NCBI GenBank assembly: GCA_048938025.1
Contig: JBHLMP010000004.1
Location: 32,001-96,000 of the forward strand
Reading direction: 5' to 3'
Source of the DNA: Promethearchaeota archaeon
GTDB taxonomy: Archaea > Asgardarchaeota > Lokiarchaeia > Sigyniarchaeales > SOKP01
DNA length: 64,000 nucleotides
Positions 37,198-47,029 of the stretch are shown piece after piece. The notes below the pieces were generated by a model. The model did no database searches. It had not been told where the DNA came from and was given only the letters and a program-made list of their open reading frames with translations. Position numbers and translations under genes: made by a program. Every line of letters begins with the position of its first letter. Position 1 is the stretch's first letter.

Positions 37198-38799
37198 ATG
37201 TCAAAAAAATTGTTTGTATGCCGTGAATGTGGATATGTTTTTCCAGAACAACTATCTCATTTAATAGAACAAAATATTCAAGTATATTGTGAGAGATGTG
37301 GTTCACCATTTGTTCTAGAAGGAGTTGAATTTAAACCAGCACCAGTTCCATATAGGAGAAAACCATTACCTTCTCCATTAAGCATATCACAAAAAGATTC
37401 AACTGTACTAAATAAGATAATCCAATTATTAAACAAAATTGCATTTATCCCTTTATTTATATTCACTTTCGTTAGTTTTAGTTTAATTTTTGGAGTAATT
37501 TTTGATCCCGATAATTGGTTTGATATTTTTTTCAGATACGCTCTTCAAGGAATTATTGGGCTTTCCATTTTAATTTATGATAGAGCTTACATCTCACCAA
37601 AAATAAAAGAAAGAAAATTTAATGAGATATTTATTGATGCCTTTTGTTGGGGAATATTAGGTTGTGTACTTTACGGTACAGGCGTAATTATTCTTATTAA
37701 GGGCATATTTATCATGCTCTATGTTATAACTGATCGAGAAAATAAAGACTTTAAAGCTTATGATTTTGGATTACTTATTAAAAATTCATTAAATTATTTT
37801 TCAGCTAAAACTGGATTGTTAATAATTTTATTGGGAATATATGGTGTTTATCTTGGTGAATTGTATTTAGTAAGAAATGCCGCTAGAACAATAATTATAG
37901 AATATCCGGTTTATATAGAAATATCTCGTATGCTATTAGCCTTAATTGTCTTACTAATAATAGCATTAATAGCAATTATAATTGACGCTAAGTCAAAACA
38001 TAAAATTAAGGAGAAAAGAGAATTTAAAAAAAGAGATGCTGTTCCTGTAATTATTCGCGGAATATTTGGTACCATATTTTTTGCGGCTGGTATTTTTATT
38101 CTACTGAAAGGAATATTTCTGTTTCTCCTTACTTTTGGTAAGCCTTCTGAAATTAGAAAAGTTATTCCTAAAGAAGAAGAACAAGTATATTATTTTCAGC
38201 CATATAAACAAATTGAGCCACCAGATAGAGTCATTCCTAAAGAAAAAGAAGTTGAGTTTCAAGAACCTTCTAAACCTGTTATTAGTCAGCCACCCTCAGC
38301 AATTCCGCCTAAGGATAAAGTTTTAAAGATTGAGCAACAAAAAGATGTAACGCTTGAGTTAGGTAGAATTGAAAAAGAAGATAAGAAAAAATATAAAAAA
38401 GAAAAAGAAATAAAGGAAAAAGAATTTGAATTAAAACTGCATGAATCTCTTTTACCAGTAAAAGATGAGAAGGATAAGAAATTAGTAAAACAATATTTCT
38501 CAAAAATTTTTACGGTATTATCTAAGGATTTAAGACAACAAATAATTAATCTAAAAATCCCAAAAAAAGAGAAAAAGGAATTATTAGAAGAACTTGTCTT
38601 TTTAACAAAAGAAGAACAAGTTAAATACATCGAAGCCTTAGTTAGTTTATATGAAGAAATACCTCATAAACTAATAGAAAGAATCCGAAAACTCCCTAAT
38701 GTTAAACCTAAACATTATGATAAAATTGTGAACCAATTAAAATATATGGATGCTGAAGAGCAAATAAGGTTCATAAAATTTTTAGAGGAAAACGCCTAA
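37198..38799 (+). CDS. Zinc-ribbon multi-pass membrane protein
   Basis: CRECG...CERCG, several TM helices, Pro-rich linker, helical C-terminus. Confidence 0.7.
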   Translation: MSKKLFVCRECGYVFPEQLSHLIEQNIQVYCERCGSPFVLEGVEFKPAPVPYRRKPLPSPLSISQKDSTVLNKIIQLLNKIAFIPLFIFTFVSFSLIFGVIFDPDNWFDIFFRYALQGIIGLSILIYDRAYISPKIKERKFNEIFIDAFCWGILGCVLYGTGVIILIKGIFIMLYVITDRENKDFKAYDFGLLIKNSLNYFSAKTGLLIILLGIYGVYLGELYLVRNAARTIIIEYPVYIEISRMLLALIVLLIIALIAIIIDAKSKHKIKEKREFKKRDAVPVIIRGIFGTIFFAAGIFILLKGIFLFLLTFGKPSEIRKVIPKEEEQVYYFQPYKQIEPPDRVIPKEKEVEFQEPSKPVISQPPSAIPPKDKVLKIEQQKDVTLELGRIEKEDKKKYKKEKEIKEKEFELKLHESLLPVKDEKDKKLVKQYFSKIFTVLSKDLRQQIINLKIPKKEKKELLEELVFLTKEEQVKYIEALVSLYEEIPHKLIERIRKLPNVKPKHYDKIVNQLKYMDAEEQIRFIKFLEENA

Positions 38800-38801
38800 A
38801 A

Positions 38802-39686
38802 ATGTCACTTGAGAAAAGAAGAGAAACCAATGGAACTAATGAAGAGGATCTTTTAGAGGACAGTTCATTTAGGCGCTCAGATTTTACTCCTCTTGAATTA
38901 AAAGAGGAAAAAGAAATATTAAAAGCACCAATATCAGAAGATTTAACTGAGATTGAAAAAGACATATTAGAAATTGCAAAAGAAATATTAAAATTAAAAC
39001 GCTATGATGCTGAATTTGAGATCGAGTCAGAAAATCAAATACAAAAGTATCCAATAATCGAGAAATTATATGCAAAAAGTATAGCAAAGCTTTCTTATAA
39101 GAAGGGATATAGTAAAGAAGAAATATTTCTCGCAATTCGAAGTTTAGAAGAAAAGAATTGGATAGTTACAAACGAAAGAAGGACGAAATTAGAAATTTTA
39201 AACAACAAAAAATTAATGAATATTTTAAAATTCATTGAAGACCATCCAGGGATTCATGCGAGAGATGAGAGAATTGAAAAAGAGTTAAAAATCACTCGAA
39301 CACCATTTCTAAAACATGTTATGACTTTAGAAAGATTTAAACTTATTAGATCAAAAAGAATTGGTAAATCTCTACATTATTTTTTAAAAGATCTTTCAGA
39401 GGATCATGATAAATATAAAATTATCTTTTTAAATCCAATAATTCCTAAAATTATTGAGGAATTCTTTAAAGATGAGTCTATAACAATTTCTGGGATTGGA
39501 GAAGCGCTTGATATTTATTCAGGCACAATACAATATCATATTAACAAATTAAAAGAATTAAACCTTGTAAAAACTGCCAAAAACCAATCAGGTAAAAAAA
39601 TTCATTTAGTGAATATCGAAATATTAAAGAAATATAACACGTTTTTTAAAGAACCAGATTTTTCTAGGTTGTTACGTGGACTTTAA
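38802..39686 (+). CDS. Winged-helix transcriptional regulator (multiple HTH)
   Basis: ILKFIEDHPGIH...HVMTLERFKLI and TISGIGEALDIYSGTIQYHINKLKELNLV. Confidence 0.75.
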   Translation: MSLEKRRETNGTNEEDLLEDSSFRRSDFTPLELKEEKEILKAPISEDLTEIEKDILEIAKEILKLKRYDAEFEIESENQIQKYPIIEKLYAKSIAKLSYKKGYSKEEIFLAIRSLEEKNWIVTNERRTKLEILNNKKLMNILKFIEDHPGIHARDERIEKELKITRTPFLKHVMTLERFKLIRSKRIGKSLHYFLKDLSEDHDKYKIIFLNPIIPKIIEEFFKDESITISGIGEALDIYSGTIQYHINKLKELNLVKTAKNQSGKKIHLVNIEILKKYNTFFKEPDFSRLLRGL

Positions 39687-40562
39687 TTAAAGAAGTTGTT
39701 TAACTTTTGGTAATACCTTAGTTAACAATTCTATTGCATTATCTATCCCATTTTCCATATCAGGATGAATCTCATTTGAATTAAGCAAGTCAAAATTCGG
39801 ATGTCCGGGTAAGTCTGATACAGAAAGGATTGAAACTGCTTTAAGATTAAACAATTTCCCTAATAAGAATAATATAGAAGATTCCATGTCTATTCCTTGG
39901 ACGTTTATTGATGTCAAAGCTCTTATGAATTCTAAAGTTTCGCAAAATAAAGCATCAGTGGTCCATAAATTAATCTCTTTAACTCTATCAGGTAAAAAGG
40001 AAACTCCTTTAGTTAAACATAAATCTTTTAATATCTCATTGGGTTTAGATATGAATATAGTATGATTTCCAGCAATTATGTTTTGAAATCTAGCTAAAGG
40101 ATTCGAAATAGAATCTAATTGATTTGCTAACGAAGGATTCGTTCTAATATAATTTGGTGAAGTTCCATCATCACAATAAGCTAATTTTGGGATTAGTATG
40201 TCCCCTATGTTGATTGGATAAATTTCATTTTCAATTCCACCACAAAAGTCAATTCGTATTATCACCTTAGTTTTACAGCGTTTTAAACATTCCATTGTTA
40301 AAGCACAATTAGGAGCTCCAACTAAGGAACGAATTACACTAACTCTTATATCATTTATGGTACCATTATAAACTCTCCCATAATTTCTTTTATTCTGAAG
40401 CTTTTGTAAGATTTTTTTCATTACTAATTTTACTGCAGGAAGTATAACAATCTCATTGATATTAGAAGGGCTAGTTTCTAAAAATACTCTTACTATTTTC
40501 TCATCTACGCTGATAAACTTTAGTCCAAGATTTAATAATTCACCTTTTATTCTATTTAGCAT
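39687..40562 (-). CDS. Nucleoside phosphorylase family protein
   Basis: VGAP, IGDILIP, DDGTS, WTTDALFCET, DMES, SVSD. Confidence 0.8.
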   Translation of the reverse strand: MLNRIKGELLNLGLKFISVDEKIVRVFLETSPSNINEIVILPAVKLVMKKILQKLQNKRNYGRVYNGTINDIRVSVIRSLVGAPNCALTMECLKRCKTKVIIRIDFCGGIENEIYPINIGDILIPKLAYCDDGTSPNYIRTNPSLANQLDSISNPLARFQNIIAGNHTIFISKPNEILKDLCLTKGVSFLPDRVKEINLWTTDALFCETLEFIRALTSINVQGIDMESSILFLLGKLFNLKAVSILSVSDLPGHPNFDLLNSNEIHPDMENGIDNAIELLTKVLPKVKQLL

Positions 40563-40868
40563 TTTAAAATCATTGAATATTTGTTAAATATAAATAAACT
40601 ATACCTTATTCTATTTAAAATTAATATTAATTTTTCTAATATTAATATTTCATATTGAACTTAACATGAGTGGCTCGAGATGGGAGATCATTTTTATTAA
40701 ATTTTTAGTAAGTAAATGAAAAGAAATCCAATTGTTTTGATTATAATTTAAAAGAACTCTCCTAATTACTAATAAACTTATAATTTGTAAGAATATAAAT
40801 TTAATATGTTGCTATAATAGATTTATTTATTAAAGCTAATTAGAAATTAGAATTCAAAGGATACTCAG

Positions 40869-42161
40869 ATGAAAAATCGTTTTATCATTGATAACAAAAT
40901 AACAAATGAATTTGTTGAAAAATATACAAAAACAACATATAGAATCATAGGTAAAAATAAACATTCTTTTATCAAACCTTGTTATTGGTTAGAACAAAGA
41001 TTAATGACAGGAAGAGATAACAGAAACTGTTATAAAGGAGTTTTCGGTATAAAAAGTCATAGATGTTTACAAAATACACCTTCTTTACCTTTTTGTAATC
41101 ATCAATGTGTATTTTGTTGGAGAGATATAGAAATTGGCTCTCTCGGAGCAGATTTCGTTGTTGAGCCAGATGATCCAAAATTTCTAGTTGATGAAATGAT
41201 ACGCCACCAGCAGGATATTATAAAAAACCATTTACCTTTAAGACGTTATTTAGATAATTATGAGATAATGATTGATGTTCTTTATTATATGCTTCTCAAT
41301 TCAAATGAAAATCACAATTTAAATTCACTCTCTAATAAAATTCATGTATCCAGAAATAAAATAGAACGTGCGATCAATTTACTAAAAAATCAAGAATATA
41401 TAAAACCTAAAGATCAGTTACTTCAAAATTTTGAACTTGATGATGACTTCAGATGTTGTATTGAGTCAAGAGACGAAATTGAATTATTAATAAATAGAGA
41501 ACTAACTACTCCCGATGAAATCATGGAAACTCATAGTGAAGCAATGTATCCGACCCATGCCGCAATTTCTCTAGATGGAGAGCCATTATTATATCCACGA
41601 CTTTCTGAATTTGTTGAAGAATTTAGGAAACGAAATATAACCACATTTATTGTAACGAACGGTACACTACCAGAAAAGATTGGAAAATTAGAGCCATTAC
41701 CTAGTCAATTATATATAACATTGCCTTCTCCGAATGAAGAGATATATAAAACAGTTTGCCGTCCAATGATTAAAAATGGCTGGGAAAAAATTAAAGAGAG
41801 TTTAAGTTTAATTGAATCATTAGCTTGTAGAACTTTGGTGAGATTAACTGCTGTGAAAGATCTTAATTTAAAAGATCATTATCTTAAAGATTATATTAAA
41901 ATTATTGAAAAGGCGAACCCTAACTTTTTCGAAATTAAAGGATTTACTTTACAAGCTAAAGCTTTATTAATAAAAGAGAGATTAAAAAGTGATAAATCAC
42001 TTCAATCCTATTTTCCGGAATACGATTATTTGGAAGAGATTGCCTTAAAATTTGAAGAATTAAGCGGATTTCCTCTAATCTATAAAAATAAAGCAAGTAG
42101 AGATTTTCTATTCGCAGTAAACTGGGATAAAAATAATGATCCAAAAATAATTAATCCTTAA
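40869..42161 (+). CDS. taw1: 4-demethylwyosine synthase (radical SAM, Taw1/TYW1)
   Basis: KPCYW, CYKGVFGIKSHRC, CNHQCVFCWR, HAAISLDGEP, FIVTNGT. Confidence 0.92.
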   Translation: MKNRFIIDNKITNEFVEKYTKTTYRIIGKNKHSFIKPCYWLEQRLMTGRDNRNCYKGVFGIKSHRCLQNTPSLPFCNHQCVFCWRDIEIGSLGADFVVEPDDPKFLVDEMIRHQQDIIKNHLPLRRYLDNYEIMIDVLYYMLLNSNENHNLNSLSNKIHVSRNKIERAINLLKNQEYIKPKDQLLQNFELDDDFRCCIESRDEIELLINRELTTPDEIMETHSEAMYPTHAAISLDGEPLLYPRLSEFVEEFRKRNITTFIVTNGTLPEKIGKLEPLPSQLYITLPSPNEEIYKTVCRPMIKNGWEKIKESLSLIESLACRTLVRLTAVKDLNLKDHYLKDYIKIIEKANPNFFEIKGFTLQAKALLIKERLKSDKSLQSYFPEYDYLEEIALKFEELSGFPLIYKNKASRDFLFAVNWDKNNDPKIINP

Positions 42162-42172
42162 ATTGATAAAAT

Positions 42173-42820
42173 CTATACTTTTTTTTGTTCTTGGGCTAAA
42201 ACCATTGCTTTTTTTATGATTTTATTATATTGTTCTTTAAAATCCTCAATATTTTCAACCATCTCTCTAAAATATTCCAACCATCTAATCTCTGCTTCAT
42301 TATGCAATCTCCAATGTTTCAAAGGAAGTATGTAAAAAGGATTTAATTTATAAAGAGGATTAGATTTAACTAATTGCTCCCCCTCCTCAGCATGTTTGAA
42401 AGTTTTGTTTCTCTCCTTAATCTGTTTATCTATAGAATCTAATATAAATTGCTTTCCCTTGGTCAGACCAAAAAGCATTATAAAAGGTGTAGCAGCATCT
42501 ATATCAAAATAAATTTCTTGTGCTTGATTAAGTAAGAAAGAAATCTGTTCCTGAAATTCTTTTTTACCTTTGTTTAATAATCTATAGATTATTTGCTCAG
42601 GACGATTACCTTCTTGCTTAGATCCTACCTCTTTAATGAATCTATCCCTCTCAAGTTGATTTAATATATAATAAAAAGAGGCATTTGTAGCTTTAATATA
42701 GTGATCATAACGCCATTCTTTTGCTAAAGAAATGAGCTCATAACCACTCATAGGTTTAGGAATTGTGTTCATTACTCCTAATATAAACGTTTTTAATGGT
42801 GTATATCTCTTTTTTGGCAT
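42173..42820 (-). CDS. PadR-family transcriptional regulator
   Basis: PMSGYELI, SFYYILNQLE, RPEQIIYRLLNKGK. Confidence 0.85.
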   Translation of the reverse strand: MPKKRYTPLKTFILGVMNTIPKPMSGYELISLAKEWRYDHYIKATNASFYYILNQLERDRFIKEVGSKQEGNRPEQIIYRLLNKGKKEFQEQISFLLNQAQEIYFDIDAATPFIMLFGLTKGKQFILDSIDKQIKERNKTFKHAEEGEQLVKSNPLYKLNPFYILPLKHWRLHNEAEIRWLEYFREMVENIEDFKEQYNKIIKKAMVLAQEQKKV

Positions 42821-42960
42821 AGATATAACTCAACTCTTCATATACTTAATATTAATATTATTTTAATAAATGGTTAAATTGAAATAGTTAGATTTAAATA
42901 TTCAATCTTAATTATATATAGTAACATCAATTATTTAAAATTTATGGCGATGTTTGAAAA

Positions 42961-43518
42961 ATGTTGAAAAATAATATAATTACTGAAAAAAAAAGTACTA
43001 ATGCATCAGAGAAAGATATTTCCCTATCAAAATATTCTTGGAAAGATTTTATTCTTTCTATGATCTATCAACCATTATTGATTGCTCAATGCGTTTTAGT
43101 ATTTTTCTTTTACAGTTTTTATCATCTTAATTTTCTTACTTGGTTTGGATGGGTTTTTATGATTTTATTTATGGTAGTTGGATCCTTACCAAAGCAAGCT
43201 TTCAATAGATATGGAGAAATTGAAAAAGGAGAATGTCATATCCACACAACAAGACTAGTGGATAAGGGTATTTATGCCATTATTAGACATCCATATTGGT
43301 TATGTTGGATATTTCTCAGCATTTCATTGACTTTAATGTCGCAATATTGGTTAATGGTGATCTTTGGTATAATTATATGTTCGATTGTTTATGGAGAAAC
43401 TTATCTTTTAGATAAAGGACTTATAGAAAAATTTGGGAATGAATATAAAGCATATAAAGAAAAAGTCCCCAGAATAAATTTGATATTGGGATTTATCAAG
43501 TATGTAAAAAGAAAGTAA
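42961..43518 (+). CDS. ICMT/PEMT-family membrane methyltransferase 1
   Basis: LVDKGIYAIIRHPYW, KFGNEYKAYKEKVPR. Confidence 0.85.
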   Translation: MLKNNIITEKKSTNASEKDISLSKYSWKDFILSMIYQPLLIAQCVLVFFFYSFYHLNFLTWFGWVFMILFMVVGSLPKQAFNRYGEIEKGECHIHTTRLVDKGIYAIIRHPYWLCWIFLSISLTLMSQYWLMVIFGIIICSIVYGETYLLDKGLIEKFGNEYKAYKEKVPRINLILGFIKYVKRK

Positions 43519-43548
43519 TTACAAAATTATTAAATAATAGAAAAAAAG

Positions 43549-44070
43549 GTGAATAATGAAAGAATGACTAACAGAAAGGAAAGAAAAATTAGGAATATAA
43601 TCTTTACAACAATATTTACTGCCTCTTTCTTAGCTCAAATTATCCTAATGTTCATGTTCTTTAACGAATTGAATTTAATCATTTTGACATATATTGGATA
43701 TATAATTTGGGGATTTAGTCTTTATTTTGGTTTAATTTCATTTTGGACTTTTAAAAAACGAGGGGGAGTACAAAAGGGAAAAAGTTATGTACATACAACA
43801 AAGGTAGTGGAAAAAGGTCCATATGCTATAATTCGTCATCCACAATATTTAGGAGGAATTTTATTTAGTATCAGTATTACATTATGGACTCAATTATGGG
43901 TGAGTTTAATCCTTAGCATCATTATCCTAGTTTTAACATACCAATGGACTTATGTAGAGGATAAAAATCTTATTGATAAATTTGGTGAAGATTATGAGAG
44001 ATATAAAGATAAAGTACCACGCCTCAATCCTATATTAGGGATAATTAAGTATTATATTCAGAAAAAATGA
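43549..44070 (+). CDS. ICMT/PEMT-family membrane methyltransferase 2
   Basis: GPYAIIRHPQYLG, ED...KFGEDYERYKDKVPR. Confidence 0.88.
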   Translation: MNNERMTNRKERKIRNIIFTTIFTASFLAQIILMFMFFNELNLIILTYIGYIIWGFSLYFGLISFWTFKKRGGVQKGKSYVHTTKVVEKGPYAIIRHPQYLGGILFSISITLWTQLWVSLILSIIILVLTYQWTYVEDKNLIDKFGEDYERYKDKVPRLNPILGIIKYYIQKK

Positions 44071-44071
44071 G

Positions 44072-44608
44072 GTGAATACCATGTTAACAGATTTTATACC
44101 TTTAATAATATGGAGTGCAATAATGATCTATTGCAGTTATTGGATCATATCCGTGCTAAAAACAGAAACAAAATATGAGATTTCAGAAGCTTTAGCTTTA
44201 GCTTCTTATTTTACAGCTGCAATTCTGGGACAATATTTCGAAATAATTTATCAAAATATATTCTTAACTATAACTGGATTTGTATTAATCTTTATAGGTG
44301 TTTTTATCTTTATTAGTCAGTTGATAATAATGAAAAAATTCGGGCAAGGAGAGCACTGGGAAGATACTACAGTTATAATCAAGAAAGGATGGTTTAAATA
44401 TATACGCCATCCTATGTACTTCGGACTTGCAATTGCTGACATTGGCGTTATAATATGGATTCCTTCTTTTTTTTCAATAATATTTGCCTTAATATCTTTC
44501 ATATTATGCTTAATGAGCTCGATTTGGGAAGATAAAGTAAATATAGACAAGTTTGGAGATGCTTATAGGGAATATATGAAAAAAGTGAAGCTCTGGGGAA
44601 TCTTTTAA
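44072..44608 (+). CDS. ICMT/PEMT-family membrane methyltransferase 3
   Basis: GWFKYIRHPMYFG, ED...KFGDAYREYMKKV. Confidence 0.88.
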   Translation: MNTMLTDFIPLIIWSAIMIYCSYWIISVLKTETKYEISEALALASYFTAAILGQYFEIIYQNIFLTITGFVLIFIGVFIFISQLIIMKKFGQGEHWEDTTVIIKKGWFKYIRHPMYFGLAIADIGVIIWIPSFFSIIFALISFILCLMSSIWEDKVNIDKFGDAYREYMKKVKLWGIF

Positions 44609-45246
44609 AACATATCTTTTAAAAATTTTTGAATAATTTTTTTTAATTTTTCAATATTTATCTTTTGTAAAGCTGAAAACTCGAGATATGGAATTTCTTC
44701 TTTGTTATGGAATTCATGGTCATCTAAATGAACTAAATTTAATTCATAATTCTCTGCCGACTCAATAAATAATTTAATATTTTTATATTTATCAAAGTTA
44801 GATACTTTGTCTATTTTATTAAAAATTAATAAAATGGGTATATCAAATTCTCTCAAAAATTTTATCAATTCAAAACTTAAAGGTATAGTTTCTTGATTAT
44901 GAATAAAATACTTTTCAATCTCGTCTTTAATTCTTAAAATATTAATAACTACCAAGCCGAAAAAATAATCTTGATGATGTTTCTCAATATGTATAACAAT
45001 TTGCTTCTTAATATGCTCTTCTCGTCTATGACTAGCCCGCCTAATATATCCAAAACCAGGAAGATCTATTATTTTATAAGGTAAATCAGTTTGGGTAATA
45101 GATGTTATTAATAAGGTACTTCCAGGATGCTTTCCTATCTTACCTTTAAATTTTCGCGGATTTGGAAGTAAAAGCCTTGTTATTGAACTTTTTCCTACAT
45201 TAGAATTTCCAATAATTAACAAAGAGGGTTTATCATTCATACTCAA
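44605..45246 (-). CDS. engB: GTP-binding protein EngB/YihA family
   Basis: GNSNVGKSS, PGST, DLPGFG, NKID, FSA. Confidence 0.85.
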   Translation of the reverse strand: MSMNDKPSLLIIGNSNVGKSSITRLLLPNPRKFKGKIGKHPGSTLLITSITQTDLPYKIIDLPGFGYIRRASHRREEHIKKQIVIHIEKHHQDYFFGLVVINILRIKDEIEKYFIHNQETIPLSFELIKFLREFDIPILLIFNKIDKVSNFDKYKNIKLFIESAENYELNLVHLDDHEFHNKEEIPYLEFSALQKINIEKLKKIIQKFLKDMF

Positions 45247-45269
45247 ATAATTATTTACATAAAATCCTA

Positions 45270-46148
45270 CTAAAAATCGAGAAAATCATCTTTAAGAAAA
45301 TCTTTATACATTTTTTTCTTTTCTTTTTCTTCAATAACAGGTCTAGTGCTTATTGGTTCACCAGTTTCTTCTAACAATTGTGTTAATTCTTTTACATTCA
45401 CATTTACTTTGAATTTACCATCTCTTAGAAAACGGATTACTTGTTTATTATTTAATGATAATCTTAAAATATAACCTAAACCAAAATAAAATTGATGTTC
45501 TGGAATCGGATCAATTGGAGATTTACTTGTTACCTCTTTTAATACGTCATAAAGTAATTCTTTTGAAGCAATATGATCCTCTACATTAAAAACTAAATAA
45601 TATAACGCATGATACCAAATCTTTTCTCGTTTTTCTTTAAGATAGTTAAGAAATTTTTCGGGAGTTACAATTTCTACTTTTTCTAATTCTTTTCTTTTTG
45701 CTAATTCTTCTTTAATTCTTTGTTCTAATTCTGTGGGAATTACTTGAGGTTTAAATTCTGTATCTTCTTCAGATGGGATCAGCTCTTCCTGTTTAACACT
45801 CTCTATAGCTTCTTTCATCTCCATTAATTCATCCATATCAATTTCATCCATATCAGAAAAATCTGAAAGCATAACTTCTTTGTATTCCTTTTCTTGTTCT
45901 AATTCTGACACAATTTCAGAGTTTTTAATACCTTCAAAGATCTCCCCATTAGCTAATTCTTCGCTTTCCTTAACTTTTTCAATTGCTTCTTGCATTTCTT
46001 GAAGTTCTTCAAAATCCAAATCATCTAAATCAGAAAAATTAGATTCAAGTGCTTTCATTTCAGTTAGATAAGCTTGTAAATCATCTCCTTCTCCTTCTTC
46101 CTCTTTCTCATTTATATTTTCTTGTCTCTCTTCTTGATTTTCATTCAT
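45270..46148 (-). CDS. Hypothetical protein with acidic repeated N-terminus
   Basis: FSDLDDLDFEELQEMQEAIEKVK / FSDMDEIDMDELMEMKEAIESVK duplication; globular C-terminus. Confidence 0.7.
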   Translation of the reverse strand: MNENQEERQENINEKEEEGEGDDLQAYLTEMKALESNFSDLDDLDFEELQEMQEAIEKVKESEELANGEIFEGIKNSEIVSELEQEKEYKEVMLSDFSDMDEIDMDELMEMKEAIESVKQEELIPSEEDTEFKPQVIPTELEQRIKEELAKRKELEKVEIVTPEKFLNYLKEKREKIWYHALYYLVFNVEDHIASKELLYDVLKEVTSKSPIDPIPEHQFYFGLGYILRLSLNNKQVIRFLRDGKFKVNVNVKELTQLLEETGEPISTRPVIEEKEKKKMYKDFLKDDFLDF

Positions 46149-46272
46149 AATTTCTTTTATTTAGATAGTAGGCATTTTATTCAATTTTTTCTATATTAAT
46201 ATTAGTTCTTTAGTTCTTTAAATATTAATATTCGTATAGTTAAAATTGCTCTAAACATTAATTCACTTTAAG

Positions 46273-46980
46273 ATGGATAAAATAAATTTAGAACACTATA
46301 AAGGAATCATTTTTGACCTAGATGGAGTCATTTATGATATTACAGATGCGATCATTAAAGCTGTTGATGATGGAATAGAAAAATACCAATTAAAAGTTAA
46401 CCGTGATGCCGTCATGGAGGAAATTGCTCATTTAATCGAAGAAATTCAAAATTATCCCGTTCCTAAAATTCTGTTAAATTCCTATGAGTTACTTAAAATA
46501 AACTCTTTGGAAGGGCTCAGTTTCTTCAAAAAGTTACGTATAGCTATCTTTTTATTTAACCAGTTTAATAAATATAGAGAAGAAGCTACTATATTCGATG
46601 GTATAGATGATTTAATCTCAAAATTATCAAAGATTTTCAAATTAGCCATATTAACCAATAATAAAAGTCAATATGCTGAAGAAGTATTAGAGAAATTTAA
46701 TTTAACTAAATATTTTGGAACTATAATTGGATTTAATGAAGTGACAGAAGTTAAACCTAACCCGGAAGGAATTCTTAAAATCCTTGAAAAATGGAAGATT
46801 AAACCCTCAGAAGCTATTTTCATTGGGGATATGACAACTGATATTGAAGCAGGGAAAAATGCTAATGTCAAAATGGTATGTGTTGCTAGTGGGCTAGCTC
46901 AAAAAGAGATTTTAAAGGAACATAATCCGGATTTCCTTGTTGATAATACAGTTGAACTAAAACAGCTTTTTAATTTATAA
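46273..46980 (+). CDS. HAD-family hydrolase (phosphoglycolate phosphatase-like)
   Basis: FDLDG, LTN, KPNPEG, IGDMTTD. Confidence 0.9.
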   Translation: MDKINLEHYKGIIFDLDGVIYDITDAIIKAVDDGIEKYQLKVNRDAVMEEIAHLIEEIQNYPVPKILLNSYELLKINSLEGLSFFKKLRIAIFLFNQFNKYREEATIFDGIDDLISKLSKIFKLAILTNNKSQYAEEVLEKFNLTKYFGTIIGFNEVTEVKPNPEGILKILEKWKIKPSEAIFIGDMTTDIEAGKNANVKMVCVASGLAQKEILKEHNPDFLVDNTVELKQLFNL

Positions 46981-47029
46981 TTTTTAAAAAAAATCTGTAA
47001 AATAGTAAGAGTAGAATTTTTAAAAAATT

